Assembly: GCA_028289565.1 (NCBI GenBank)
Contig: JANQPE010000110.1
Location: 2,841-66,840 of the forward strand
Source of the DNA: Parerythrobacter sp.
GTDB taxonomy: Bacteria; Pseudomonadota; Alphaproteobacteria; Sphingomonadales; Sphingomonadaceae
Reading direction: 5' to 3'
DNA length: 64,000 bases
Shown: piece after piece, positions 53,269 to 62,639 of the stretch
How positions within the stretch are numbered: the first letter of the stretch is position 1
How the letters are laid out: every line of letters starts with the position of its first letter
Notes under the pieces: generated by a model
What the model was told of the DNA's origin: nothing
Seen by the model: the letters and a program-made list of their open reading frames with translations, nothing else
Database searches by the model: none
Program-made: the position numbers and the translations under genes

Positions 53269-53970
53269 TTAATCCACCGTATCGGAAAAATGACCCGCGC
53301 AACCTGCCAGTGCGACCGGGTCGAGAATATCGACGGTCGACCTGCCGGTCGTTTCGATCAGGCCCGAGGCACGCAATTCTCCGAATTGCCTGCTGATGGT
53401 TTCGATCGTCAGGCCCAGGCTATCTCCTATATCGCGACGTGACATGGGAAGGTCGAGCCGCAGCCTGTCTCTGTGCCGGGTTCCGATGCGTTCGCACATC
53501 GCGGTCAGGAAGCTGGCAACGCGCTCTCGAGCGCTCTTCCGGCCCAGCCCCACCGCCTTGTCGCGGCAGCGGTGCAAAGCTGCCATCGACCGTTCGAGAA
53601 CCTCTGTGAGCAAGAGCGGCGCATCCACAGCGGCTCCGACGAGTGAAGCGGCCGGAAATGCGAGCACCTGAGTGTTCATCAGCCCCGTCAGGGCGTAGGA
53701 ATGCAGGGCGCGCGCGGGAACTGAAACCAAATCTCCTGCAAAATGAAATGCGACAACCTGCTCCCGCCCGCCGGATGCCTGCGCGACAAGCTTGGTTGCG
53801 CCCTCGAAAACATAGACGATCTGGTCGCAATCCCGGTCCAGCTTGGCAATTCGACCCTTTTCGATCGACAGCGTTCGTCCGAGGCCGCGCAATCTTGCAG
53901 TCAGCGCTCTGGAAGGTGAGCCTGGAACCACTGCTTCCATGAACTGCTGAAAAGGATTGGGTTCGTGCAT
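53269..53970 (-). CDS. Crp/Fnr-family transcriptional regulator, FixK-like (no N-terminal Cys cluster)
   Basis: 233 aa with a cNMP-binding-like beta-roll and the C-terminal HTH MSRRDIGDSLGLTIETISRQFGELR. There are no cysteines in the first ~45 residues. Confidence 0.85.
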   Translation of the reverse strand: MHEPNPFQQFMEAVVPGSPSRALTARLRGLGRTLSIEKGRIAKLDRDCDQIVYVFEGATKLVAQASGGREQVVAFHFAGDLVSVPARALHSYALTGLMNTQVLAFPAASLVGAAVDAPLLLTEVLERSMAALHRCRDKAVGLGRKSARERVASFLTAMCERIGTRHRDRLRLDLPMSRRDIGDSLGLTIETISRQFGELRASGLIETTGRSTVDILDPVALAGCAGHFSDTVD

Positions 53971-54036
53971 CGGCCGGTGATCTTGAATGAAAGGCTATCG
54001 TGGGATTGCAAATCTATCGAACCTGCAATGAAGTCA

Positions 54037-54050
54037 TTGACCTGGGTCAA
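54037..54050. promoter_or_regulatory. Palindromic FNR/FixK-like box in the divergent fixK-like / ompW intergenic region
   Basis: TTGACCTGGGTCAA is a perfect 5-4-5 palindrome matching TTGAT-N4-ATCAA at 8 of 10 positions. It is centred ~73 nt from the regulator ATG and ~100 nt from the ompW ATG. Confidence 0.5.
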
Positions 54051-54142
54051 TGAAACCACTTCCATGATGGCACTACCGGCGCGGTGCACTGCAACAACCT
54101 GGGCTGCACAGTGCGGCCACTGCAGTGCGGGGAAGAGAAATC

Positions 54143-54811
54143 ATGAAGTCTATCCTTGCCGCCGGTCTCGGTGTGCTCGCTCTTGCCGCAACGCCGGTTG
54201 CGGCACAGGATCGCGCAGGCTCGGTCCAGGCCAAATTGCTTGCAACCGGGGTCTTCCCCGATGGCCAGATCGAACGTGTCGAAACCGACATCGTCGGCCT
54301 GCCGGCTAACACGCAGACCAGAACGAACGACAACGTCGTGCCGACCGTGGCGATCGAATATTTCGTTGCCGACAATATCTCGCTCGAGACGATCTGTTGC
54401 CTTACCCAGCATGATGTTGACGGAACAACCGGTTTGCCCGGGGCCGAGCTGGTTTCGGATGCCAAGCTGATTCCCGCGACGTTGACGGTGAAGTATCATT
54501 TCGATGTCGGCGGGGCGAAGCCGTATGTCGGCGCCGGCCCTGCCTATTTCATGTTTATCGATGACGAGCCGGGTGCCGCCACTATTCCCCTGGGCGTAAC
54601 CGATTTCAGCCTGTCGGACGAACTTGGCTTGGCCTTGCAGGCCGGAATCGACGTGCGTTTGAATGACGACGGTTTTGGTTTCAGCGTCGATGCCAAGCGC
54701 TACTTCATTGATACGACTGCGCGTTGGTTCGCCGGGAATGCCATTGCCATTCAGACCGAGCACAAGCTCGATCCATGGGTTGTGAGCGCCGGCTTGTCTT
54801 ACAGTTTTTGA
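54143..54811 (+). CDS. ompW: OmpW-family outer-membrane beta-barrel protein
   Basis: Signal peptide MKSILAAGLGVLALAATPVAA/QD, the OmpW blocks (IEYFVADNISLE, KPYVGAGPAY) and a C-terminal ...GLSYSF end. I moved the start to ATG 54143. Confidence 0.85.
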   Translation: MKSILAAGLGVLALAATPVAAQDRAGSVQAKLLATGVFPDGQIERVETDIVGLPANTQTRTNDNVVPTVAIEYFVADNISLETICCLTQHDVDGTTGLPGAELVSDAKLIPATLTVKYHFDVGGAKPYVGAGPAYFMFIDDEPGAATIPLGVTDFSLSDELGLALQAGIDVRLNDDGFGFSVDAKRYFIDTTARWFAGNAIAIQTEHKLDPWVVSAGLSYSF

Positions 54812-54824
54812 CGTTATCGAAGGT

Positions 54825-54866
54825 GGCCGGACGCGTGAGCATGCGCGTCCGGCCGGATATATTCGG
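54825..54866 (+). terminator. Intrinsic-terminator-like hairpin after ompW
   Basis: ggccggacgcg (54825-54835) pairs with cgcgtccggcc (54844-54854), giving an 11-bp GC-rich stem and an 8-nt loop. A T-containing tail ggatatattcgg follows. Confidence 0.6.
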
Positions 54867-54933
54867 TATTAGCTGTGGCATGATTTGCATCCGCTGGTAG
54901 GATTGGGTCCCGTCCCGCTTGCAAGAAGGCCCG

Positions 54934-57900
54934 ATGAGCGCACCCGGATTCTGGCGATTCGCAATTGATCGGGGCGGCACATTCACCGATGTCGTCGCGA
55001 CGACGCCTGACGGCCGGCTGGTTACCGACAAGCTGTTATCGGTCGATCCGGGGCGATATCCGGATGCCGCGAGCGAAGCCGTATTGCGGTTGATGAATCG
55101 GTATGGGGAAGGGCCGATCGACGAAGTACGGATTGGCACGACCGTCGCCACCAATGCCCTGCTCGAACGGAAAGGCGAGCCGCTTGCTTTGGCAATTACC
55201 AAGGGGTTCGGCGATGCCTTGCGGATCGGCACGCAGGCGCGGCCCCATATCTTTGCGCGCCATATCGTACTGCCCGAACAGCTCCCTTCACACGTGATCG
55301 AGATCGATGAGCGTGCGGCCGCGGACGGCGCGATATTGCAGCCCCTCGATGAAGATTCTGCACGCGAACGGTTGGTTGCTATCCATGGAACGGGGATCGA
55401 TGCCATTGCGATCGTCTTGCTCCATGGCTGGCAATATCCTGCGCACGAGGAACGATTGGCCGAGATAGCAGGCGAGGTCGGTTTCTCGCAGGTTAGCGTA
55501 AGCCATCGGGTTTCCCCGCTGATCAAGCTTGTGCCGCGCGGCGACACCACGGTGGTCGATGCCTATCTGTCGCCAGTGATTCGATGTTATATCGAACAGG
55601 TCGAGGCGTTGATCCCGGGCGACCCTCGGTTGCGGTTCATGCAATCGAACGGCGGACTGACCGAGGCGAGTTCTTTCCAAGGCAAGGATGCGATCCTGTC
55701 TGGTCCGGCGGGTGGGGTGGTTGGTATGGTGGCGGCTTCGAAGCCGCTTGGCCATGAACGGCTGATCGGCTTCGATATGGGTGGGACCTCGACCGATGTG
55801 GCGCATTTCGCGGGTGAGTTCGAACTTACCGGTGACGGTGTGATCGCGGGCGTCCGGATTGCTGCCCCCGCGATGCAGATCAACACCGTGGCAGCGGGTG
55901 GCGGTTCGATCTGCCGCTTCGACGGATCCCGGTTCAGGGTCGGCCCCGAAAGCGCGGGCGCCGATCCGGGGCCGGCCTGCTATGGCAAGGGCGGCCCGCT
56001 GGCGGTGACCGACTGCAACCTGTTTCTCGGACGGCTCGATCCGGCCTTTTTCCCTGCCGTGTTCGGGCCGCATGGAGACCGGCCGCTCGATCCGGATGCG
56101 TCGCGAGCAAGGCTCGAGGAGATCGCTGCGCAGATGCCTTCACCCGTGCCGCCCGAGGAAATCGCTGAAGGCTTTCTGGCGATCGCAGTCGACAATATGG
56201 CGAATGCGATTCGCAAGATCAGCGTGGCACGCGGCTACGACGTGACCCGCTATGCGCTCGCCTGTTTCGGAGGGGCAGGTGGGCAGCATGCTTGCCGGGT
56301 GGCCGACGAGCTGGGGATCGAAACGGTCCTGGTCCATCCGCTTGCGGGTATCCTCTCGGCCTATGGGATAGGACTCGCACCGGTGAAAGCCATCCGTGAA
56401 CAAAGCGTAGTCCGTCCGCTGGGCGAGCCGGTGAGTGAAGAGCTGGCCTTGCTGGTGAACGCCGCGCGCGATGCCTTGACGAAACAGGGCATCGCCAGGA
56501 GCGAGATCGTGCTGGCGCGCAAGGCACGGCTTCGTTTCGACGGAAGCGACAGCACGCTGACGCTCGATTGGGGCGATGCGGCGGCAATGGCGGAAGAATT
56601 TCGCATACTGCACCGCAAGCGGTTCGGTTATTCGAGCGAGGATTCGATGATCGTCCTTGAAGCGCTGAGCGTCGAGGCGACGGGAAGCGTCGATGGGCTG
56701 GCTGGATTACAGCCTGAGCCGGTGCCCGTCCGCGGAGAGGTATCGGGCAGTTGGACAACGTGCCACCGATCCGCGCTGTCTCCCGAGGAGAGCGTGTGCG
56801 GGCCTGCGCTTATCGTCGATCCCGATTCCACGACTGTGATCGAGCCGGGTTGGCAGGCCGTTCTGGAAGGAGAGGGTTCGTTGGTGCTAACTCGCTGCGA
56901 ACCGCTTGAAACGCGACTGGCTGCCGGCACCGAGGTCGATCCGATCCGGCTCGAAATTTTCAACAATCTGTTCATGACCATTGCCGAAGAAATGGGCGTG
57001 GTGCTGCAATCGACCGCGACTTCGGTGAACATCAAGGAGCGGCTCGATTTCTCCTGCGCGATCTTCGATTCAGAAGGAGCCTTGATCGCCAACGCACCGC
57101 ATATCCCGGTTCATCTCGGTTCCATGGCGGACAGTATCCAGCGGGTCGTGGAGGCCCGCGGCTGCAATGACGACGGGGTGCCACGCGATGAACGCGGGAT
57201 CAGGCGCGGTGATGCCTACGTCCTGAACGATCCCTATCGTGGCGGCACTCACTTGCCCGATGTGACAGTGATCGTTCCGGTCTTTTATTCCGATGCGAGC
57301 AAAGAGCCCGATGGCTTCGTCGCGGCGCGTGGCCACCATGCCGACATTGGCGGTATCGCGCCTGGCTCGATGCCGCCTGACAGCCATGCCATTGATGAGG
57401 AAGGCGTACTGATCGACAACCTCCTGATGGTTGATGAAGGACACTTTTGCGAAACCGAAGTCCGCACGGCTCTGACCGACAGCCAATGGCCTGCCCGCAA
57501 TCCGGATCGCAACCTGTCCGACCTTCGGGCCCAACTCGCCGCCTGTATACGGGGTGCTGAATTGCTGCTGCAGGCCGCGGACGAGCAGGGCGAGGATGTG
57601 CTGCAAGCCTATATGGGCCATGTTCTCGCCAATGCCGAGGAATCGGTCCGCCGCTTGCTCGATCGGCTGGAGGACGGTGCATTCACTTATGAAATGGATA
57701 GCGGCGCGGTCGTGAAAGTAGCGATCGGGATCGATCGCGAACACCGCTCGGCTGTATTCGACTTTACCGGCACCAGCGCGCAATCGGACGACAATTTCAA
57801 TGCCCCTCGTTCGATCACTCGCGCAGCGGCGCTGTATGTGCTGCGCACGCTGATCGATGATGCCATCCCGATGAACGATGGCTGCTTGCGTCCGGTCGAA

Positions 57901-58503
57901 CTGATCGTGCCCAAGGGATCGATGCTCAATCCCGTACCGCCTGCTGCCGTGGTGGCGGGCAATGTCGAGACAAGCCAGGTCGTCACCGATGCGTTGTTCG
58001 CGGCAACCGGCCGGCTGGCGCCGAGCCAGGGCACAATGAACAATTTCACATTCGGCAATGACCGCTATCAATATTACGAGACGATTGCGGGCGGTTCGGG
58101 GGCGGGACCCGACCATGACGGAACCAGCGCGGTACAGACGCATATGACCAACAGTCGCCTGACCGATCCGGAAATCCTCGAAACGCGATTGCCGGTACGG
58201 GTCGACCGCTTCGCCATCCGTCACGGTTCGGGCGGGGATGGCTTGCACAAGGGTGGCGACGGGGTGGAACGTCGTGTGACGTTCCTCGAAACCATGCGTG
58301 CCAACATGCTTGCCAATCGCCGCAGGGTCGCTCCATGCGGCTTGGCAGGCGGTAAGAATGCCGAACCGGGGCGCAACTGGGTCGAGCGGGCAGACGGGAC
58401 CGTCGAGGAACTGGCTGCATCGGCTGCGGCCGATATGCGACCGGGTGATGCCTTCGTGGTCCTGACGCCCGGTGGTGGTGGGTTTGGGGAGGAGCAGGAA
58501 TGA
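54934..58503 (+). CDS. Fused hydantoinase A / hydantoinase B (ATP-dependent 5-oxoprolinase OPLAH-type) protein
   Basis: About 1190 aa. The N-terminal [13 protein letters not shown] and DMGGTSTDV are actin-like ATPase motifs of HyuA. The C-terminal half has the HyuB pattern ([18 protein letters not shown]). I moved the start to ATG 54934. Confidence 0.9.
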   Translation: MSAPGFWRFAIDRGGTFTDVVATTPDGRLVTDKLLSVDPGRYPDAASEAVLRLMNRYGEGPIDEVRIGTTVATNALLERKGEPLALAITKGFGDALRIGTQARPHIFARHIVLPEQLPSHVIEIDERAAADGAILQPLDEDSARERLVAIHGTGIDAIAIVLLHGWQYPAHEERLAEIAGEVGFSQVSVSHRVSPLIKLVPRGDTTVVDAYLSPVIRCYIEQVEALIPGDPRLRFMQSNGGLTEASSFQGKDAILSGPAGGVVGMVAASKPLGHERLIGFDMGGTSTDVAHFAGEFELTGDGVIAGVRIAAPAMQINTVAAGGGSICRFDGSRFRVGPESAGADPGPACYGKGGPLAVTDCNLFLGRLDPAFFPAVFGPHGDRPLDPDASRARLEEIAAQMPSPVPPEEIAEGFLAIAVDNMANAIRKISVARGYDVTRYALACFGGAGGQHACRVADELGIETVLVHPLAGILSAYGIGLAPVKAIREQSVVRPLGEPVSEELALLVNAARDALTKQGIARSEIVLARKARLRFDGSDSTLTLDWGDAAAMAEEFRILHRKRFGYSSEDSMIVLEALSVEATGSVDGLAGLQPEPVPVRGEVSGSWTTCHRSALSPEESVCGPALIVDPDSTTVIEPGWQAVLEGEGSLVLTRCEPLETRLAAGTEVDPIRLEIFNNLFMTIAEEMGVVLQSTATSVNIKERLDFSCAIFDSEGALIANAPHIPVHLGSMADSIQRVVEARGCNDDGVPRDERGIRRGDAYVLNDPYRGGTHLPDVTVIVPVFYSDASKEPDGFVAARGHHADIGGIAPGSMPPDSHAIDEEGVLIDNLLMVDEGHFCETEVRTALTDSQWPARNPDRNLSDLRAQLAACIRGAELLLQAADEQGEDVLQAYMGHVLANAEESVRRLLDRLEDGAFTYEMDSGAVVKVAIGIDREHRSAVFDFTGTSAQSDDNFNAPRSITRAAALYVLRTLIDDAIPMNDGCLRPVELIVPKGSMLNPVPPAAVVAGNVETSQVVTDALFAATGRLAPSQGTMNNFTFGNDRYQYYETIAGGSGAGPDHDGTSAVQTHMTNSRLTDPEILETRLPVRVDRFAIRHGSGGDGLHKGGDGVERRVTFLETMRANMLANRRRVAPCGLAGGKNAEPGRNWVERADGTVEELAASAAADMRPGDAFVVLTPGGGGFGEEQE

Positions 58504-59183
58504 ACTATTGGCCACTGGCCGGCATCGCGCTGGTCGTGCTCGGCTTCGCGCTGCGTTTCAATCCGCTGCTGGTGGTGGCCGTGGCTGCGATCGCTACCGG
58601 TCTGCTGGCCGGTCTCGATGTCGTCGCGGTAATCGAGGCATTGGGCAAGACATTCAACGACAATCGCTATATCAGCGTGACCTGGATCATCCTGCCTGTG
58701 ATTGGCCTGCTCGAACGGTACGGCCTGCAGCAACGCGCCCGGGCCCTGATCGAGGGCGTGCGGGGGGCGACGATGGGGCGACTGCTGGTGCTTTACCTGT
58801 TGTTCCGGCAAGTCACTGCAGCGCTTGGCATGAAGGATATCGGTGGCCATCCCCAGACCGTTCGCCCACTGGTCGCGCCGATGGCGGAGGCTGCGGCGCT
58901 CAAGACGCATGGCGAACTCGACGAGGACAGTCGCGAGAAAGTGAAAGGCATGTCGGCCGCGACCGACAATGTCGGGTTGTTTTTCGGCGAAGACATCTTC
59001 TTCGCCATCGCTTCGATCCTGCTGATCCAGGGTGTTTTCGAAAGCTACGGCTATCCGCTTACTCCGCTGCAACTATCGCTCTGGGCGATACCGACTGCGA
59101 TCTGCGCATTCCTGATCCATGGCGGCCGCCTGTTGGCCTTCGACCGCCGGCTGGGGCGACCCGCCGGGAAGGAGAGGACATGA
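58500..59183 (+). CDS. DUF969-family integral membrane protein (putative 5-oxoproline transporter subunit)
   Basis: 227 aa, polytopic. Its ATG overlaps the upstream stop (ATGA 58500-58503). The family call rests on sequence recollection and on the canonical DUF969-DUF979 pairing. Confidence 0.75.
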   Translation: MNYWPLAGIALVVLGFALRFNPLLVVAVAAIATGLLAGLDVVAVIEALGKTFNDNRYISVTWIILPVIGLLERYGLQQRARALIEGVRGATMGRLLVLYLLFRQVTAALGMKDIGGHPQTVRPLVAPMAEAAALKTHGELDEDSREKVKGMSAATDNVGLFFGEDIFFAIASILLIQGVFESYGYPLTPLQLSLWAIPTAICAFLIHGGRLLAFDRRLGRPAGKERT

Positions 59184-60142
59184 TTACCCTTGAATGGCTG
59201 TACGTCCTTGCCGGGATCGTCTTCGCGATGTGGGCGATATTGAGCTTGCGTGACATTACGAATGGCAAGCGGTTCGGCAATGCCGCTTTTTGGGGATTGT
59301 TGTCGGTGAGCTTTTTTCTGGGCGGTCAACTATCGGATTTCGCCAACGGTGTGCTGGTGCTCGCGCTGGTAGGGATAGCCGGTGCCGGATGGCTGGGCCG
59401 CAGCGATCCGCCGACCACCGGCCTGACCGAGCGGCTGGGGTTGTCGGAAGCTCTGGGCAACCGTCTGTTCCTGCCGGCGCTTATCATCCCGCTTACAGCC
59501 GTGATTGGCACAGTGCTCTACAATTACACTCCGTTGGGTGAGACCGGCTTGTTCGAAGATCGGCGCGAGACGCTGATCCTGTTCGGAATCGGTGTCCTGT
59601 TTGCACTCGGCGTGTGCCTAGCGTGGCTCCGGCCGCCGCTGCTTGCGCCGATAGAAGAGGGCCGGAGGCTGATGGATTCGATTGGCTGGGCCGCCGTGCT
59701 GCCGCAAATGCTGGCGGCATTGGGCGGCGTCTTCGCTCTGGCGGGTGTGGGCGAAGTGATCGGGGAGATCGCCGGCGGCGTGATTCCGGAAAACAGCATT
59801 TTCATTGCGGTGGTGATCTTCGCGCTGGGCATGGCGTTCTTTACGATCATAATGGGTAATGCCTTCGCCGCCTTTCCGGTCATGGCCGCGGCGATCGGCA
59901 TTCCGGTGCTGGTGGAGCAGTATGGCGGCAATCCGGCCGTGATCGGCGCAGTCGGCATGCTGGCCGGTTTCTGCGGCACGCTGTGCACGCCGATGGCGGC
60001 GAATTTCAACATCGTGCCGGCGGCCTTGCTGGAGTTGAAGGACCAGTATGGCGTCATCCGCCAGCAGATCGGTACAGCGATGCCACTGTGGCTGTGCAAT
60101 GTCGCAATCATCTATATCGCGGGGTTCCTGCTATGGAGCTGA
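59180..60142 (+). CDS. DUF979-family integral membrane protein (putative 5-oxoproline transporter subunit)
   Basis: 320 aa, polytopic (MITLEWLYVLAGIVFAMW...). ATG 59180 lies behind GGAGAGG and overlaps the DUF969 stop (ATGA). The track ORF 58472..60142 carries a spurious N-terminal extension. Confidence 0.75.
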   Translation: MITLEWLYVLAGIVFAMWAILSLRDITNGKRFGNAAFWGLLSVSFFLGGQLSDFANGVLVLALVGIAGAGWLGRSDPPTTGLTERLGLSEALGNRLFLPALIIPLTAVIGTVLYNYTPLGETGLFEDRRETLILFGIGVLFALGVCLAWLRPPLLAPIEEGRRLMDSIGWAAVLPQMLAALGGVFALAGVGEVIGEIAGGVIPENSIFIAVVIFALGMAFFTIIMGNAFAAFPVMAAAIGIPVLVEQYGGNPAVIGAVGMLAGFCGTLCTPMAANFNIVPAALLELKDQYGVIRQQIGTAMPLWLCNVAIIYIAGFLLWS

Positions 60143-61146
60143 CCGGAGAAACCGCGGCCCTGTTCGCGCGCACTGCGCTGGGCCACGTCGCGAGGGAGTA
60201 TCCGCACAAGCTCGACCATGTACTTGATGGCGACGAAGATGCCCTTCCGCCACGCGTGCTCCATCCGGTCTTCTTCGGCAGCTTCGACTGGCATAGCTGT
60301 GTTCATGGTTGGTGGACCTTGCTGACATTGCGCCGGTTGTTTCCCGAAATGGCGGAAGCTGCCCAGATCGAGAGTCTGGCCGAAACGACTTTCACATCCG
60401 AGAAGCTGGCCGTCGAACACGCTTATCTCGAACGGCCCGGTTCGGCGGGGTTCGAGCGGCCCTATGGCTGGGCGTGGCTATTGTATCTCCATCTCGAAGC
60501 GACCCGGGACAGGGACCGGGAATGGGCTGCGCGGCTCGAACCGCTGGCACGTGCTTTCGCGGCCCGGCTGGTGCATTATCTGACGATCCTGACATACCCG
60601 ATCCGTACAGGAACACATTTCAATTCGGCTTTTGCCCTGACGCTATCGCTGGAATGGGCCGACACCTTCGATATCCGGCTGGCAGGAACGATCCGCGAGA
60701 CTGCATTAGGCTGGTTTTCCGAAGATCGCGGGTGCCAGGCCTGGGAACCAGGTGGTGACGAGTTCCTCAGCCCTGCGCTGAGCGAAGCATTGTTGATGCG
60801 ACGTGTGCTCGATCCGGCCGGTTTTCGCAGATGGTTTACCGCTTTCCTGCCGGAATTGATGAAGGGAAGACCGGAGACTTTGTTAGACCCGGCAACGGTA
60901 AGCGAGCGGAGCGATGGGAAGATCGCCCATCTCGACGGTCTCAATCTCAGCCGTGCATGGGCGTGGCGGTCGATCGCGCCTTCACTGGAGCAAGGAGGAG
61001 ACCTTGTCGACGAAGCCGTTCGTCGACATCTTGCCACCGCACTGCCGCATGTCACAGGCGATTACATGGGAGAACACTGGCTGGCGAGCTTCGCTCTTCT
61101 GGCCTTGCTTGCCCCGGTGAGGGACAAACGCCCGCAGGCGGAATAA
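60133..61146 (+). CDS. DUF2891-family protein (function unknown)
   Basis: 337 aa from ATG 60133 (MELTGETAALFART...), with the motif HPVFFGSFDWHSCVHGWW that I associate with DUF2891. It overlaps the end of DUF979 by 10 nt. Confidence 0.65.
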   Translation: MELTGETAALFARTALGHVAREYPHKLDHVLDGDEDALPPRVLHPVFFGSFDWHSCVHGWWTLLTLRRLFPEMAEAAQIESLAETTFTSEKLAVEHAYLERPGSAGFERPYGWAWLLYLHLEATRDRDREWAARLEPLARAFAARLVHYLTILTYPIRTGTHFNSAFALTLSLEWADTFDIRLAGTIRETALGWFSEDRGCQAWEPGGDEFLSPALSEALLMRRVLDPAGFRRWFTAFLPELMKGRPETLLDPATVSERSDGKIAHLDGLNLSRAWAWRSIAPSLEQGGDLVDEAVRRHLATALPHVTGDYMGEHWLASFALLALLAPVRDKRPQAE

Positions 61147-61295
61147 GCTCACCTGCATTCAAGGGAACAACCTTGCCCTCGGCCCCTTCGGGGACATTCG
61201 TCGATTCGGAATATCGCTTGGACGAAACCGGATCGCTATTTTCACCATGCCGGTGCATGTGGAAATTGCATGATTCCAAGGCTCAAAGGGTGAAA

Positions 61296-62447
61296 ATGAC
61301 GAACCATATCTTCAAAGCGGTCAGCTTGCCGGTCCTGTTGTGCGTGGGTGCACCGGTTTCGGCTCAGCCTGCTGCCATCCCGGTTGCGGAAGCGCCGGTG
61401 GATGCCCGGTTCCAGCAATTCGCTCCGAAGGCCGATCCGATCGCGACGAAGATCGACTACACAGTGTGGGACGAGGCCTTGAAATACTTCGTGTTCCGGA
61501 TGGGCAAGTCGATCCGCGAAGGTGTGCCCCGGCCGGAGCCGGGTCTCGGCACAAGGCAGGTCTACGGACATGATTCCCGCTATCGCCTCGAAGGAAACCG
61601 GGTCATCTTCTCCTATCTGACCGACGAAATAGTGACTTCGCTGACGGAATACCGGGAAGATCTGGAGCGGACAGCCGATCTCGTCGATATCCAGCAGCTC
61701 AGCAGGAACGAGCAGCTCGCCTATTGGATGAATTTGCACAACGTTGCGATCATCGAACAGATTGCCAGGGAGTATCCGCTTAGCCAGCCATCGCGCCTCA
61801 AGGTGGGCGACAGTGGATTGCCGCTGGACGAGGCTCCGTTCATTACGGTTTCGGGGGTGAGGATGAGTCCTCGCGATATCCGCACCAGGATCGTATATCC
61901 CAACTGGAAGAATCCGATGGTCGTTTACGGGTTTTTCCGTGGCGATATCGGTGGGCCGTCGATCCAGACCAAGGCTTTCACCGCAGACAATGTTGCCGAC
62001 GAATTGGAAGATTCGGCACGTGAGTTCGTGAATTCGCTACGCGGTGTACAGAAAGTCGGCGGCAGGGCATCGGTATCCGAAATCTATTCCGAGGCACGCC
62101 CTTACTATTTCCCCGAATGGCCGACTGATTTGCGAGAGCACCTGCGCAAATATGCCGAGGAGGAAGTCACCTCGATCCTCGACCGGACGGACGAATTGCG
62201 GGCCGATGTCTACGAACACGACATCGCGGACATGTCCAAGGGCGAGCGCGATCCGAGTTACGGTTTTGTCTATTCGGACGGTAATCTGCAAGGGACGCGC
62301 ATACCCGCCGCGATCGCCCGGCTCCTGACCGAGCATACCCAGAAGACCCGGAAGCTTATTCGCCGCGAAGGACCTCGCGGGAGAGTGATTTTCATCGATA
62401 TCGACCTGCCGGGCGAAGAACCCAAGGCGACCGAGGAAGTCGAATAG
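61296..62447 (+). CDS. Secreted DUF547-domain protein
   Basis: ATG 61296 gives the signal peptide MTNHIFKAVSLPVLLCVGAPVSA/QP. The DUF547-type block is QLAYWMNLHNVAIIEQI. The long N-terminal extension in the track (60831) overlaps DUF2891. Confidence 0.7.
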   Translation: MTNHIFKAVSLPVLLCVGAPVSAQPAAIPVAEAPVDARFQQFAPKADPIATKIDYTVWDEALKYFVFRMGKSIREGVPRPEPGLGTRQVYGHDSRYRLEGNRVIFSYLTDEIVTSLTEYREDLERTADLVDIQQLSRNEQLAYWMNLHNVAIIEQIAREYPLSQPSRLKVGDSGLPLDEAPFITVSGVRMSPRDIRTRIVYPNWKNPMVVYGFFRGDIGGPSIQTKAFTADNVADELEDSAREFVNSLRGVQKVGGRASVSEIYSEARPYYFPEWPTDLREHLRKYAEEEVTSILDRTDELRADVYEHDIADMSKGERDPSYGFVYSDGNLQGTRIPAAIARLLTEHTQKTRKLIRREGPRGRVIFIDIDLPGEEPKATEEVE

Positions 62448-62639
62448 CAAGTCCGCGACGGATGACCGGGTGTGTGCGGACCGCGAACTTCGCTGATTTC
62501 GTCCCTGTGCAATGCCTGCTCGCGGAGCCTCGTTATTGAATGTGTCCGTAACTCCAACTAATCGACGGATCGAGTTGCAAGCCGCCGCGACGACGGCACG
62601 GCAGAGCGATGCGGATGCCGGATCGATGGAGAACGACCG

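Noticed and set aside
54705-58515. Long minus-strand ORFs antisense to the hydantoinase/oxoprolinase gene (54705..55550, 55288..56073, 57070..58515 and others)
   Set aside because: They are shadow ORFs opposite an ~1190-aa gene with clear HyuA/HyuB motifs.
58472-62447. N-terminally extended ORF-track versions 58472..60142, 59983..61146 and 60831..62447
   Set aside because: The extensions overlap the preceding well-supported genes in other frames and are Arg/Gly-rich. Internal ATGs with RBS and sensible N-termini (TM helix, MELTGE..., signal peptide) were used instead.
62448-62639. 192-nt leader upstream of tdh, inspected for a glycine or other riboswitch
   Set aside because: I could not find the conserved glycine-riboswitch core elements or any convincing multi-stem structure. 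There is only a weak 6-bp hairpin (gtccgc/gcggac) just after the DUF547 stop. A covariance-model scan would be needed to exclude a riboswitch.
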